A stretch of 64,000 nucleotides of DNA. Origin: an uncultured virus (IMG/VR IMGVR_UViG_3300050505_000328). Lineage: Duplodnaviria; Heunggongvirae; Uroviricota; Caudoviricetes. Position 1 is the first letter of the stretch. Every line of letters begins with the position of its first letter. A model generated the notes under the pieces. It ran no database searches. It had not been told where the DNA came from and saw only the letters and a program-made list of their open reading frames with translations. A program made the position numbers and the translations under genes. Shown piece after piece: positions 62,667 through 64,000 of this stretch. The stretch lies in the IMG/VR virus record IMGVR_UViG_3300050505_000328. One strand, given 5' to 3'.

Positions 62667-63466
62667 TCACGACCCACGAAGAGAAGAGAGGCTGCGGCTA
62701 CCGCAAGCCGTCGAAGTCCGGCGTCGGCATCTACCTGGTCGGGCCCGCGTTCGACGCGCCGTGCGGGCGCATGCCCTTCAGGCTGGAGCGCTGCCCGACC
62801 TGCAACGAAGGCATCAAGCCATCGCGCGGATGGAACTGGATCACGCCGAGCAAGCTGTTCGGGCCCGAGGCGGAGCACCCGCTCTCGTACGCGCTCCAGG
62901 AGTGCAAGCTCAACGCATCCTTCACTCACCGATTGCCAGTGGCACCGAACACGGTCAGCGTAGCTGTGAGCCCGACGTGCCAGAGCTGCCCGCTCGGCGG
63001 CGCTATCCCCGAGGGCAAGCACGGTCTCATCTGGATCGGCGAGGGTCACTACCCGACGCCCGAGGACTTCCTCGCCGAGGCGCGGCGCATGGGCCTGTCC
63101 AGAAAGATCGGCGCGCTACCGAAGGGCTTCGAGCTCGGGAAGACGGTCGTGTACCTCGCGCACCGGAAGGCGATCAAGGTCCGGCCAGTTCTGGATCTCG
63201 CGTCGACACCAGCACCTGACAACGAAGACGGACCGTGCATCATGTCGCAAGTCTCAAAAACTTTAGACGAACCGTCGTTCCTCCCCGGCATCTTCGCCAC
63301 GTTCAAGCCCACGGGCGTGGACCTGGTGATCGCCGACGCGGAGGCCGTGCCCGAGCGCGCGACGAAGCTGGCCGAGCAGGTCGGCGACGGCGCGCGCATC
63401 GTCAAGGTGATCCCGAAGGGCGAGCAGGTGAGCCTACCGATCGTGCAGGACGAGGCGAGCCCGTGA
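62654..63466 (+). CDS. Cys-containing hypothetical protein
   Basis: RGCGYRK, CPTC, WIGEGHY, EARRMGLSR. Confidence 0.65.
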   Translation: MPEVITTHEEKRGCGYRKPSKSGVGIYLVGPAFDAPCGRMPFRLERCPTCNEGIKPSRGWNWITPSKLFGPEAEHPLSYALQECKLNASFTHRLPVAPNTVSVAVSPTCQSCPLGGAIPEGKHGLIWIGEGHYPTPEDFLAEARRMGLSRKIGALPKGFELGKTVVYLAHRKAIKVRPVLDLASTPAPDNEDGPCIMSQVSKTLDEPSFLPGIFATFKPTGVDLVIADAEAVPERATKLAEQVGDGARIVKVIPKGEQVSLPIVQDEASP

Positions 63467-63561
63467 ACGAGCACAAGCTCCTCGGCCTCCTGCGCGAGGC
63501 CAAGTAACCGCGAGCTGGTCTACGACCTCGAGTTAGAATTCCCGCACCTCGTGAGGAAGCA

Positions 63562-63948
63562 ATGCCGAACATCTGCAACACCCCCGGATGGCCCGTCGAG
63601 CTCGACGAGCTCAAGAGGCAGTCACCGAAAGCCGGCCGTCTCCGGCGTCCATTCCGCCCCGGGGACGGGGCCCACTACTACTTCAACGGCGACAGCTACC
63701 CGGTCACGGTCCGGCGAGTGAGCAGGACCGGTCACCAGGTCTGGGTGACGCACGACGTGACCAAGGCCCCGAACCTGTTCGTTCCGCTGAGTGCGAAGGA
63801 GGTCGCGCGACTCTTCGCCGACCCCGACGGCTACGAGGCGCGGCGCAAGCTCCGCAAGTTCACGCGGCGCAAGGACGGGCGCTATTTCAACCGCGGCACG
63901 TGGGTGCTCGGCCACGGGCGTGAGCACCAGTGGAGCAGGGAGTTCTAG
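63562..63948 (+). CDS. Hypothetical protein
   Basis: GAGGA RBS; GDGA...DSYPVTV...FTRRKDGRY. Confidence 0.6.
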   Translation: MPNICNTPGWPVELDELKRQSPKAGRLRRPFRPGDGAHYYFNGDSYPVTVRRVSRTGHQVWVTHDVTKAPNLFVPLSAKEVARLFADPDGYEARRKLRKFTRRKDGRYFNRGTWVLGHGREHQWSREF

Positions 63949-64000
63949 ATGAAGATCAAGATCGTCAACAAGACCGACTGGCACACCGCGGACCTGAAGA
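63949..64000 (+). CDS. 3'-truncated ORF
   Basis: MKIKIVNKTDWHTADLK runs off the window. Confidence 0.45.
   Translation, partial: MKIKIVNKTDWHTADLK

Noticed and set aside
1..64000. tRNA, rRNA, IS elements, DNA polymerase, packaging ATPase
   Set aside because: None recognised by eye; the only clear Walker A motif is in the helicase. tRNAscan-SE and HMM searches are needed to confirm absence

Overview
High-GC, densely coding window that looks like part of a large bacterial virus genome (or its provirus); both ends cut through genes. There are three blocks. (1) About 1-47,063, mostly + strand, is a late/structural region with a transglutaminase-like Cys enzyme, a K/R-rich LysM protein, a candidate major capsid gene, about 18 membrane-anchored proteins (several are cell-wall hydrolases), a lysis cassette, GroES, a Tad2-like gene, a 9-kb sugar-synthesis/glycosyltransferase cluster and a tandem array of fibre-like paralogues. 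(2) 47,060-54,961, - strand, holds a NUDIX, a kinase-like gene, small ORFs and a tyrosine recombinase. (3) 56,100-end, + strand, holds small early-type genes and a UvrD-like helicase. Blocks 2 and 3 diverge across a repeat- and hairpin-rich control region. I recognise no terminase, portal, tail or packaging-ATPase gene, so a tailless membrane-containing virus is inferred, not proven. The main novel signal is a set of short peptide tags shared by otherwise unrelated proteins: VxWxK...VxWLG...LG, HPADFF, LQ[EQA]NP and SLLxAxxxExSLH. The first three sort by membrane side: WLG and HPADFF lie on one side of the TM helix, and ENP (with basic tails or small cargo domains) lies on the other. This suggests a virion sorting/processing code. 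All family assignments are by eye from motifs; no searches were run.
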